Origin: Octopus sinensis | Taxonomy: Eukaryota | Reading direction: 5' to 3' | Length of the DNA stretch: 19,830 nt | NCBI RefSeq assembly: GCF_006345805.1 | Contig: NW_021824169.1 | Span: 1 to 19,830, forward strand | Shown: positions 1-10,400 of the stretch, piece after piece | Position numbering within the stretch: the first letter of the stretch is position 1 | Layout: the number at the start of each line of letters is the position of its first letter | Translations under genes and position numbers: made by a program | Notes under the pieces: generated by a model | Seen by the model: only the letters and a program-made list of their open reading frames with translations | Told to the model about the DNA's origin: nothing | Database searches by the model: none

Positions 1-103
1 CAAGCTTGCTTGGTGAGGTTGCCGGTTTAGTCGCCGACGACCCGACCATGCAACAGTTTGTACTGGGTTACATGTTACCAGTAGCACTTGAAAGTGCCCT
101 CAC

Positions 104-151
<48 letters not shown>

Positions 152-190
152 ATATATATACAACGTACACACACCACCACACATATATAT

Positions 191-406
191 CCGGTCTTTC
201 AAATGTGACCGCGTGTGTACCGTTGCGATTTTTATTCCTGTCTTCCCTTCTCTGGATCTTTCCTTCTCCTATGTTTCCGATGAAGAGCTCCGCTCGAAAC
301 GGTAAACCCTCCTTCTTTCCTTCTTTCCTGAGCGTCCAATAATACTATATTTGTTCCACGTCCTCGCGATGTTGTGTTTTTTTTGTGCTTTCTTGTTTGG
401 ATTAAC
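191..406 (+). mobile_element. Penelope-like element (PLE) terminal-repeat fragment carrying a hammerhead motif, flanked by (TA)n
   Basis: Non-repetitive ~215-bp block between TA arrays (106-190, 407-427). It contains a minimal hammerhead fold at 273-307. PLE assignment rests on the established link between minimal type I hammerheads and PLE terminal repeats; no PLE ORF is present. Confidence 0.55.
273..307 (+). ncRNA. Degenerate minimal type I hammerhead ribozyme motif
   Basis: GTTT (stem I) - CCGATGA (C3..A9, with U4>C) - extra A - GAGC/TCC/GCTC (stem II) - GAAA - C GGT - AAAC (stem I partner). It deviates at U4 and at the 16.1/17 region, so this copy is probably inactive. Confidence 0.65.
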
Positions 407-427
407 TATATATATATATATATATAT

Positions 428-640
428 TACGGAGATCGGAGATGTACTTACATAGCAAGTGACTTGATCTGAGATGGTGTGCCAGAACGAAAACAATTGC
501 AGTGTGGAAGGTGTTTATAAGCCATTTAAGAAACACACAAAATCCGTTAGATTCACTTCAACATTTAAATTTAATTTGTCAAAATATTTTCGTCGCTTTT
601 AGACCGCGACCTGTTCACTGACAAAAATCCGTGCTGCATC
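428..640 (-). mobile_element. Second, different PLE-like terminal fragment (hammerhead-bearing), tail-to-tail with the first
   Basis: Unique block abutting (TA)n at 407-427, with a hammerhead fold on the minus strand at 575-625. Boundaries are approximate. Confidence 0.5.
575..625 (-). ncRNA. Minimal type I hammerhead ribozyme, G3:C8 core variant
   Basis: Minus strand reads TTTGTCA GTGAACA G GTCGC GGTCTAAAA GCGAC GAAA ATAT T T TGACAAA. This gives a 7-bp stem I, core G3-U4-G5-A6-A7-C8-A9, a 5-bp stem II, G12-A13-A14-A15.1, a palindromic ATAT loop, and U16.1-U17. Confidence 0.7.
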
Positions 641-841
641 TGTGCATGACATGTTCACAGATGTGGATTCGTGTCCCACGGCCAGCCTTCCACTATTCCA
701 AGAGCGGGTTTTATTCCAACATTTACACGTTATTATTTATAGCTTTATCTGTTTCGAGTGGAACGAATTATTTCGCATTCTGACGAAGATTCTACACACA
801 CACACACAACCCTCATATATATATGTACAAAAACAAACACA

Positions 842-1130
842 TGCGCGCGGGCATGATGACCTTCCACACCCTCCAAATTTTACTCACAAGGCATCGGTGA
901 AACGCGACAGCTACGCTCGTAGATATTTGTCATTTCACCGCACGCTCGGGTCGAACGCTCAGTCATGCAGTTGCGAAAAGAAACATTTTAACCGCACAGC
1001 TGTGACTGCAGCCATGATAATATCTTATGATGCTTTATGCGCTATCAGGGAACGGAAAGATGGCGGTCGGGGGTGTCGGCTGGTGAAATGCTTGCGGTTT
1101 GTGACATGCGCACTACGCTACAAGAAGTGA
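842..1130. promoter_or_regulatory. CpG-rich patch with YY1-like motif (possible promoter/first exon)
   Basis: CG dinucleotides are visibly enriched over the flanks. AAGATGGCGG lies at 1057-1066 next to CGGAA. A minus-strand GTGAGT donor-like site lies at 887-882. There is no transcript evidence. Confidence 0.25.
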
Positions 1131-1476
1131 TATGTTATAACGTTATGATTGACTGCTAGATGTTTCTAAAATAGAGGCTTGTCAATATTCCCAATGCACT
1201 ATTAATAATTAAGCGGATGAGGAAGTAGCTTTCACATTTCGTTAAATATATAAGTAACTCATGACGATACATCATATTGCAACATTTCTTACAGTTTAAT
1301 TTGTAGAATTTTATTTTCTATGGTCGATGCTAAAGTAGCAGAAGCGGTGATAAACCGGGCAATGTTGCCTTGTAATGCTCATTCAGGTCCAACCTGTTGA
1401 TGGTGAGTTCGAATACAGCCTGAGGCGATTTCATTTTCTCATGGCTTCAATAAAGCAAGTACTAAAAATAATATCA

Positions 1477-1730
1477 TTTACTAGTTTCAGTCATTTGACT
1501 GCGGCCATGCTGGGGCACCACCTTGAAGGGTTTTAGTTGAACAAATCAATCCCAGTATATCTTTTACTTTTTACTATTGGACTGTGGCCATGCTGGGGCA
1601 CAAACTTGAAGGGTTTTAGTCAAACACATTGAGTCCTGTACTTGTATATTAAAAAAAACCCCGATGATTTACAGCAAGATAAACAAACCAAAACCGGTTG
1701 TCAAGCGGTGGAGGGAACAAATGTAGATAC
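1477..1730 (-). mobile_element. SINE 3' portion with internal tandem duplication
   Basis: Reverse complement ends in ...CAGCATGGCCGCAGTCAAATGACTGAAAC..., a tail type I recognise from octopus SINEs. The GACTG(C/T)GGCCATGCTGGGGCAC...TTGAAGGGTTTTAGT unit occurs twice (about 1497 and 1580). Confidence 0.6.
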
Positions 1731-1764
1731 ACTCGCACACATATGTACTATGTTTGTATGTGTA

Positions 1765-1959
1765 TACACACACACACGAATACATGCATGACATACATAC
1801 ATACATGTACCGATGCGCACACACTCACTCAAACACACACTCACTCACACACACACACACGCTCTCTCTCTCTCTCACACACGCTCGCTCACTCTCTCCA
1901 TCTCTCTCTCTCTCTTTCTCCTCTCTCTCTCTCACACACCCGCTCGCTCACTCTCTCCA

Positions 1960-2020
<61 letters not shown>
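1765..2020. repeat. Compound (CA)n/(CT)n microsatellite with a duplicated ~60-bp higher-order unit
   Basis: CA and CT runs; the CGCTCGCTCACTCTCTCCATCTCTCTC unit is present twice (about 1881 and 1940). Confidence 0.9.
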
Positions 2021-2021
<1 letters not shown>

Positions 2022-2650
2022 GGCTGATGTTTTACACTCTTCCTGTCTGTCTGTGTCCGAGGTCACAGCACAAGACACTTTCCCAAGGTTCAAAGTTTAT
2101 AGTTTTGCTCTGCATTTGAAACCCTGCTGTTGAGACCATAAAGCAAATCATGTCAGACGTTCATTCTGAAAAATATCTATCATAGTGTCGCATTACTGTC
2201 GTTCATATGAAAGCACTACCTGCCAGATGACTCGACCAAAAGCCATTCGGTAATTTTTATTTACTGCTTGCGTCGACCTGTTATTTTATTCTTAGTACTA
2301 AACTCCAAGTTAGTGCTGACATATTTTATGTAAAGAGCATTTAAAAGCTACATAGAAATAATTGTGCAGACACGAAAAATAAAACACGAAAACAAACAAA
2401 AAGAAAAAATGAAACAGTGAATATATGTGTAACACCAATTTTCCAGAACACTTTGTTTCAAAGCCTGTCCGGATTATTGATTTTTCCGGACTAGTGGTTG
2501 TCACCTTGGTCAACACACTCTAAATTAAAGAAATATTAAATTTACTTAAATAATTAAATGAAATACGGGTACATGTGTGTTTGTATAAATTAGTGCGGAT
2601 TGTAAAAGATTCTGGACTACCAGTTCCAGGAAACTCGGTGTAATAATCAA

Positions 2651-2954
2651 GGAAGACGCATGGCTCAGTGGTTAGAGTGTCGGACTCACAATCATGAGGT
2701 TGCGAGTTCGATATCTGGATCGGGCTGGATGTTGTTTCTTGAGTAAAACACTTTATTTCACATTGCTCCAGTTCACTCAGCTGTAGAAATGAGTTGTGAC
2801 ATCTCTGGTGCCAAGCTGTATCAGTCTTTGCCTTTCCCTCGGATAACATCAATGGCAAGGAGAGGGAGGCTGGTCTTCCATGAAAAATCTTGCCTGGACA
2901 TGTGCCTTGGAGGGAAACTTTCTATGATCATTTATAAGGAGATCTTTACTCTTT
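2651..2954 (+). mobile_element. tRNA-derived SINE, copy 1
   Basis: A-box TGGCTCAGTGGTTAG and B-box GAGTTCGATATC. Body aligns with copies at 2965 and 3739. Confidence 0.8.
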
Positions 2955-2964
2955 AGCCTTTGTG

Positions 2965-3299
2965 TGAAGACACATGGCTCATTGATTAGAGTATCAGGCT
3001 CACAATCATGAGATAGTGAGTTCAATTCCCAGACGAGGCTGTGTGTTGTGTTCTTGAGCAAGACACTTTATTTCATGTTGCTCCGGTTCACTCAGCTGTA
3101 GAAATGAGTTGTGACATCTCTGGTGCCAAGCTGTATCAGTCTTTGCCGTTCCCTTGGATAACACATGGAGAGGATAGGCTGGTATGCATGGACGACAGAT
3201 GGTCTTACATAGACAACTTTGCCCGGACTTGTGCCTCGGCGGGGAACTTTCTAGGTGCAATACCATGGTCATTCATGACCGAAGGGGCTCTTTATCCTT
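2965..3299 (+). mobile_element. tRNA-derived SINE, copy 2 (tandem to copy 1)
   Basis: Degenerate A-box TGGCTCATTGATTAG and B-box GAGTTCAATTCC. Shares the CACTTTATTTCA...CTGTAGAAATGAGTTG...GGTGCCAAG body. Confidence 0.8.
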
Positions 3300-3507
3300 A
3301 ATGAAGGAATAGTATTATTTAACTGGTGACCGCCGTTGCTGTTGCTGCTGCCATCTGCGGTTGTTTTTGGCTTAAGAGGCAGAGAGAAAGAATGTTTGCT
3401 ATGAAATAGAAGAGGGGGAGAAATTTTCCTCAAGAGGAAGAGACGACAGGCCTTCAACCATTGGTAACAGTAAAGTTTGAATGCAAGATGGACAGGTAAA
3501 TTTGAAG

Positions 3508-3592
3508 GATTACTTTAGTCTAATGGTTGAACGTCTGTCATGACAACACAGAAAATCTAGGTTCGAGTCTCACAAGCGGCCATCGGCTTTTT
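3508..3592 (+). pseudogene. tRNA-like relic (resembles tRNA-Val) or isolated SINE head
   Basis: TAGTCTAATGGTT (A-box), ACGTCTG, GGTTCGAGTCTC (B-box), then TTTTT. The acceptor stem does not pair, so it is not a functional tRNA. Confidence 0.35.
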
Positions 3593-3738
3593 CTACCTAA
3601 GATAGCCATTCAACCTAATATTAACATGCTATAGTGCATAGCTTTGTGTAACTTCTTTGAGATCCGCTCTCCCAAAATTAGTGCGGATTGTAAAAGATTC
3701 TAGACTACCAGTTCTTGGAAACACGGTGTAATAATCAA

Positions 3739-3982
3739 GGAAGACGCATGGCTCAGTGGTTAGAGTGTCGGGCTCACAATCATGAGATTGTGAGTTCGAT
3801 ATCTGGACCGGGCTGGATGTTGTTTCTTGAGCAAGACTCTTTATTTTCACATTACTCCAGTTCACTCATCTGTAGAAATGAGTTGCGATGTCACTGGTGC
3901 CAAGTTGTATCAACCTTTGCCTTTCCCTTGGATAACACATGGAGAGGGGGAGGCTGGTATGCATAGACGACACATGGACGAC
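3739..3982 (+). mobile_element. tRNA-derived SINE, copy 3 (3'-truncated)
   Basis: Same A- and B-boxes as copy 1, and shares about 65 bp of upstream flank with copy 1 (3675-3738 vs 2587-2650). Confidence 0.8.
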
Positions 3983-4659
3983 AAAAGCAAAAAATCAGTT
4001 GTCATTCTCTCGAAAGTTTATAAATTTGTTAAGACGTAATCTAAATATGTTAGTATTGTTTATTTCCCACCGCCGATAAAAGACCCATTTTTTGGATTAC
4101 AGACGAAATTAAAATTAAAATCTGTAGATTTCTTGATTTCTTCCTGTTTGTTAGCTGAAGAGGTGAAGTGTAATTTGGTTGAAATGATGAGAAATGAGCA
4201 GACTTCAAAGTGGAATAAAATAGAAAAACTTTTTGCCAGAAGATACTTTGAATATATTCGCGTCTTTAAAATTGGCTTTATCTAGAAAAATCAGAAAACA
4301 TAGTTCCATATTTGACCAATCGATTCAAAGAAGGGGAAGAAGAAGAAGAACGGGAATTACAAGAAGAAGAAAAAAACGAAAAGCAAAGCAAAAGAAAAAA
4401 ATACAGAAGTTCTATTTACTGTCAAACAACAAGCGATAAGACATATTTTGTGGTGGTGGTGGGGGGGGGGGAATAATTGAGACACAAAAGAAAGGAAACA
4501 GAGGTTAAGAAAGAGGGAGAAAGAATGAGAATGTGAGGAATAAAGAGAGGAATAAAGTGTTTATAGAATCATGCGCACAAATATAAAACCATACGCCACA
4601 GCAGCCGGGAAATTGACTTATAGCTCGGGAAGGACGTTTGATCGTGATCTATGCATACA

Positions 4660-4678
4660 TACTACATACATACATACT

Positions 4679-4709
<31 letters not shown>

Positions 4710-5200
4710 TTCATAGGCATGTGTGTATATACCAGCATATATATATGAATATATTGAATATATATATATATTTGTGTGTGTATGTGTATATATATATATG
4801 TGTATAAACGACACATATATACATACACAAATGTATATATATATATATACATATATATATATACATATATATACACATGCACTCACCAAGTTATGCACAC
4901 ATCTATACATGAATGTGTGTCTGTATGTGTATGTGTGCTTGAGTGTGTGTGTGTGTGTGAAAAGAAAGAGAGAGAGAGGGAGAGAAAGGAGGAGAGAGTG
5001 GGGATAAGACAGAAAGATGAAATTGGACATCTTTAGTTTGAAATCGTTGCACCGTTGGCAAAATGAACAAATACGAAAAAAAAAAAAAACAGAATAGAAA
5101 AAACAGAAACGAAAAAAACGGAAAGAAGGAAAAAAAAACAGAAAAGAAAAAAACAGAAAAAAATTCAAACTGCGTTGAGAGGAAGACAAACAAAAAGAAA
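4660..5200. repeat. Compound microsatellite/low-complexity tract: (CATA)n, (CAGA)n, (TA)n, (TG)n, (GA)n, A-rich
   Basis: Directly visible. Confidence 0.9.
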
Positions 5201-5484
5201 AAAGACCTTATCGTGGTTAAGATTCACCACACTTATGAATTATTTATCTTCGTGTTTACTTTAATATGATCCACGATACCAAGGAAGTTTAAGACGAAAC
5301 AGAGGCAAAAACTTTCCACAGGAAATCAGTTGTTAATCTCGTTATGATGCTTGAGTGACACAAACAAAGGAAATCTTTCCTTTCCTTCTTCCTAAAAACT
5401 GGAGAAAAATGTGATGGAAATACGTGATCTGCAAAAAGTTACTGCCATTTTGATTGCGAATGCGTTATCGGTTTCAAACAATGT

Positions 5485-5803
5485 GCGTGTGTGTGTGTGT
5501 TGTTGTGTGTGTGTGTGTGTGGTGTATGTATGTATGTATGTGTGTTTATGCATGTATGTATGTATGTATGTATGTGTGTTTATGTATGTACATACATCTA
5601 TAGATATATACGTAAGCATATACATACCTACCTACATACATACATATATACATACATACATATATACATACATACATTATATATATATTATACATACATA
5701 CATACATATATTATATATATCTATATATATATAAGTTATATATGTATATATATATATATGTATGTATATATATGTGTGTGTATATATATATATATAAATA
5801 TAA

Positions 5804-5835
<32 letters not shown>
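5485..5835. repeat. Compound (TG)n/(TATG)n/(TACA)n/(TA)n microsatellite
   Basis: Directly visible. Confidence 0.9.
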
Positions 5836-5836
<1 letters not shown>

Positions 5837-5975
5837 CACATATGTGTTTTGTGTGGGCTTATATTTGCTGCGTCAGAGATATCACGCTTGAGGGGAAATG
5901 ATGGCATGATAATGCTACCCATTTTTGGTTGCTTTGCATTCAAAATATGGAATGTAGAAGAGTTTGTTGATAATG

Positions 5976-5988
5976 TAGATAGATAGAC

Positions 5989-6071
<83 letters not shown>

Positions 6072-6086
6072 GATAGATAGATAGAT
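5976..6086. repeat. (GATA)n array; 3' flank of Tx1 copy B
   Basis: Near-perfect AGAT repeats directly joined to the element terminus. Confidence 0.95.
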
Positions 6087-7004
6087 ATGTTTCTTTATTA
6101 GCCACACAGGGCTGCACACAGAGAACAAATTACAGTACAAGGTAGAAGCTTTTCTTTTGAAGTTTTTAAAAAAAAAAAAAAAAAAAGGAAGGGGGAGTTT
6201 CGATCAAAAGGGATCGTAAAGAGAGAAGAGGACAAAAAAAGGGGGTTTAAAAAGGGGGGAGAGGAAAAAAAAATTGATCAATAGGGATCGTTATCACAGA
6301 AAATGTCAATATGAAGTGTAAAGGGAGGACAGGTGAGGTTTACCCGTGGAACGAAAGCCTACGAAAAGACCACGGTAACCTCGGTCAATGAAGTCACATT
6401 TTATATTTCTTTTTTTTTTTTTTTTTTTTTTTGCAAATAAGCAATCTCGTTTTCAATTTCTGGGTTCATAGGATTATGCTCAAGGTGGCTTCGTCATTTC
6501 ATACGTGCATTCTTGCTACATTCACCCATCTTTTTTTAAAACATTCGCTAGACAAAACTTGCCTCTCTACTCTCACTTTCCTTTCAATGTTGATGAGAGA
6601 TTGACCAGAGAGGAAGTTGATGAGAGATTGACCAGAGAGGACAGTGTTTGTCTCCAATCCTTTCAGACGCGTCCACCATACATTCTTTCGCCATAGCCAC
6701 AAGGATGATAAAATAGCTCTTCCTTCCCGTTTGAAGGAAGGAGGCGTGACAATATTGACGATAGACTCAGCTGATAAACGACGTCCCACACGTGACAGCA
6801 TTTGTTCGACATAAGCCCCAGGTCGGAAATTGTTGGACACTGAACGAGTGCGTGCAGAACGGTTTCGTCGCTCTGACCGCACTTGGGCAGGTCGGCCCCG
6901 TGTTTCTCGAGCCGTTTCTGTAGAGCTTATCCCGAACGGGTAGCGCTTCTCGGTAGCACTGCCAGGCCAAATGATCTCTCTGGAAGTTGTCCATGCCCTG
7001 GCCC
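6087..7004 (-). mobile_element. Tx1-like LINE copy B, 5'-truncated (~0.92 kb: ORF2 C-terminus + 3' UTR)
   Basis: Near-identical to 7013-7950 of copy A. Encodes MDNFQR..LAWQCYREALPVRDKLYR..ETVLHALVQC in shifting frames. AATAAA at 6099-6094, then AGAAACA joined to TATC repeats. Has an internal 27-bp-period duplication at 6589-6641. Confidence 0.9.
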
Positions 7005-7012
7005 GATAGATA
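7000..7012. repeat. Target-site duplication, left copy (GGCCCGATAGATA)
   Basis: Identical 13-mer at 13100-13112; bases on both sides of the two copies mismatch. Confidence 0.85.
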
Positions 7013-7174
7013 TGTTTCTTTATTAGCCACACAGGGCTGCACACAGATAGAACAAATTACAAGGTAGAGCTTTTCTTTTGAAGGTATTAAAAAAAAAAAA
7101 AAAAAAAAGGAAGGGGGGAGGTTCGATCAAAAGGGATCGTAAAAGGAGAGAAAGAGGACAAAAATAGGGGGTTA

Positions 7175-7206
<32 letters not shown>

Positions 7207-7417
7207 AGAGAAAAAAAAATGATCAATAGGGATCGTTATCACAGAAATGTCAATATGAAGTGTAAAGGGGAGGACAGGTGAGGTTTACCCGTGGAAAGAA
7301 AAGCCTGCGGAAAAGACCACGGTAACCTCGGTCAATGAAGTCACATTTTATATTTCTTTTTTTTTTTTTTTTTTTTTTTTTTGCAAATAAGCAACTCTCT
7401 GTTTTCGATTTCTGGGT

Positions 7418-10400
7418 TCATAGGACTATGCTCAAGGTGGCTTCGTCATTCATACGTGCCATTCTTGCTACATTCAGCCATCTTTTTTAAAACATTCGCT
7501 AGACAAAACTTGCCTCTCTACTCTCACTTTCCTTTTCAAGTGGTACTTGAAGAATTGATGAGAGATTGACCAGAGAGGAAAGTGTTTGTCTCCAATCCTT
7601 TCAGACGCGTCCACCAGATACATTCTTTCGCCATAGCCACAAGGATGATGAAAATAGCTCTTCCTTCCCGTTTGAAGGAAGGAGGCGTGACAATATTGAC
7701 GATAGACTCAGCTGATAAACCGACTCGTCCACACGTGACAGCAGTTTGTTCGACATAAGCCCACAGGTCGGAAATTGTTGGACACTGAACGAGTGCGTGC
7801 AGAACGGTTTCGTCGCTCTGACCGCATCTCGGGCAGGTCGGCCCCGTGTTTCTCGAGCCGTGTCTGTAAGCTTATCCCGAACGGGTAGCGCTTCTCGGTA
7901 GCACTGCCAGGCCAGGGATCTCTGGAAGTTGTCCATGGGCCCTGGCCCGAAAGTCGTCCCGAACAGGCGGGTCAGGTACTCCTCTCGTCGACGTCCAGGT
8001 TCGCCCCGAGCTCGTCGTCGTACCTCCCCTCCACTAAACCCCTATAGAATGCTTTGGTTGTGTTGAAGTCACTTAGGGTCGACCCAGGACGGCAGAGTGC
8101 TTGAGAGCAACGCGACACTCGCGGTGCCATTCGCCCTTCCTCGGCCTCTTTTTGATCCACGACTGCAGTTCGGTCATGGAGACGAGCTGCGGGAAAGCGT
8201 GCCTCACAAACGGCGACCACACCTGTTCACCGTCGTCTACATAGAGCCAGAGATGTCGCAGTCTCAGCGCGTGTCTGCGCATCATCAACCACGGCATGCC
8301 CAGCCCTCCTTTAACGGTGTTGTACAGCAAATGGATCGCCTGACCATCGGGACGCATCCTTTCCACAAAGCGAAAGAGATGCGTTGTAGTTTGGTGATGG
8401 TAGGGTCGGGACAAGGTACGACGGTCAGGCGGTAGTAGATGACGGACGCGATGTACGTGTTCGCCACCTCCGCCGACCTTTTAGGGACAGTTTCCTCTCG
8501 GCCCATTGCCGGGCGAGAGTGACCACCCTACTCGTTATCTCGTTCCAGTTCTTCTCCACTTGGAGGTCCGGACCAAACCAGACCCCGAGCAACTCAACCG
8601 GGCCGTCGGTCCAGCGTCCCACGACGGAGGCGCTGGTGGACGGCATGGGCTTGCTTCTCCAGGTGCCTAGTCGCAAGCCCACTGACTTTTCCCGGTTGAT
8701 TTTCGCTCCTGTCACCGCTTCGTAGTTTTTTCAGTGTCTCGCCGACCAGCTCGATTGCTCGTGGCTAGACACTATGACGGTGACGTCGTCCGCGTATGCA
8801 GACACGCTCGTCCCGCATCCCAATTCTCGCGGGATGCCCCTTAGAGTCGCCAGCTTCCGCAGTAGTGGCTCAAGAGTCAATACGTATAGAAGCGCCGAGA
8901 GGGGGCATCCCTGACGGACCGAACGTGCAATGTCGAAAGGTCTCGATAGATGTCCATTTACGCGAATTACCGAACGGATGCCTCTGTACAAGGCAGCTAT
9001 CCAGCCGCGGAAGACGGGACCGAAACCAGCCGCTCTCAGGACTGCCTCCAAGTATCGATGGTCTACCCTATCAAAGGCTTTTGATTGATCCAAGTTGATC
9101 AGGCCCCACCCATGCCAGGTTCGTTAACTACCCTGTCTATGATGTAGCGCATCAGATGGAGGTTGTCATGGATGGTCCGGCCTGGCGGCGCATGTTTGCG
9201 CCTTGTCGACCAGTTTCTCGATGACAAGCGCCAACCTCTTGGCTAGCACCTTGGCCAAAATTTTCAAGTCTGCATTAAGCAGAGTGATGGGCCTAAAGTT
9301 ATCTATTACATTTCCCTTGTTTAGATCTTTCTCTCAGCAGTGTTACGGCTCCTCGGCTCACAAAACCAGGAATGCTCCCTTTTTGCTGCCAGTTGCAGTA
9401 CACCGCCGCCAAGAGATCTCCAAACAAGTCTGGCATACATTGTAAAGCTCGTAGGGTAGACCATCCAAACCCGGTGATTTGTCCCTCGAGCATTCTGCCA
9501 TCGCTTCCCGCACTTCCGCCGCCGTGATGGCACCTTCGCAGCACCCTGCCTTTCTTGTCGAGAGTCGTGGTAGGCTATGTAGGTAGGCACTGAAGTCCAC
9601 CCTACGTTCTTGCCCTCCACTCGTTCCGAACAGTCGGGCAAAATGCTGCTGAAAGGCCTCACACATTTTACTTGGCTCGAGCAATTCGCGCCCCTGTTCA
9701 TCTACCAGTGACCGAATGGTGGCTTTGTTGCCCTGTTGCGCCTCTGCCACCCGGGCCTCTCTCGCGGCTCCAACACCTTCGTTCCTTAGAGCACGCATCC
9801 TAGCTCTGACAGCACATCCTTCGTGTTTGGCGTTGAAGTGTTGGTCGAGGGCCAACCTCGCCGCCAAAACGTCGGATGCGATGCCGCTTCTAATTGCCTC
9901 TTCTAGCTTCTTAACTAGCTCACCCTCTACTCTATTTCTATCTATGGCTAGTGCTTTGCTGTACCTAATCGCTTCTGCTTTTACTGCTCTCTTGAGGGCA
10001 AACCACCATTTGTTGTTGATGATGGCTCCCGTCAAAGCCCTCTTTACTAGTGTGCTAATCCGGTCTCTGAAAACTTGTCTCGATGGGAAAGACGCGTTTA
10101 GTTTCCAGTATCCGGGACCCTGCCTAAGTGTCTTACCTAAGTCTAGCGTACATGTCACAAGTTTGTGATCCGTGTAGCTGACTATGTGGAATTGTGGACA
10201 TCCTATGCTATCTCTATCTACTGTCCTACACAGTATCCTATCTAGATACGATCTCGACGACCCGATGCGGTTGCTCCATGTCCACGTTGGCGCATTCGGG
10301 TGGTCTAGTCGAAACCTGTCAGACAGTTGAAAGCGTCTGAGCAGGTCTCTGAGGCATTTGCATCCCCGTCTATTCCTATCTCTACCCACGTAGTCTACAT

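Noticed and set aside
1-105. GC-richer block at the window edge, possibly a third Penelope-like terminus abutting (TA)n
   Set aside because: It is cut by the window boundary and no complete diagnostic motif is visible.
1340-1470. B-box-like GAGTTCGAATAC and possible decayed SINE head
   Set aside because: Too degenerate to delimit by eye; no convincing A-box.
1698-2133. HT/SL-rich ORFs in the track (also 88-342, 4649-5193, 5392-5901, 13035-13443, 15026-15346)
   Set aside because: They are translations of microsatellites, not genes.
2185-2255. Possible plus-strand exon ending at ATTCG|GTAATT
   Set aside because: Weak acceptor, only one open frame, and no recognisable protein similarity.
3323-3409. 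Transmembrane-like peptide LVTAVAVAAAICGCFWLKRQRER
   Set aside because: In-frame stop directly upstream, no start or acceptor; partly explained by a GCT/GTT triplet run.
8097-10168. Plus-strand ORFs of 80-150 aa overlapping the LINE
   Set aside because: Antisense shadows of GC-rich ORF2 with no independent motifs.
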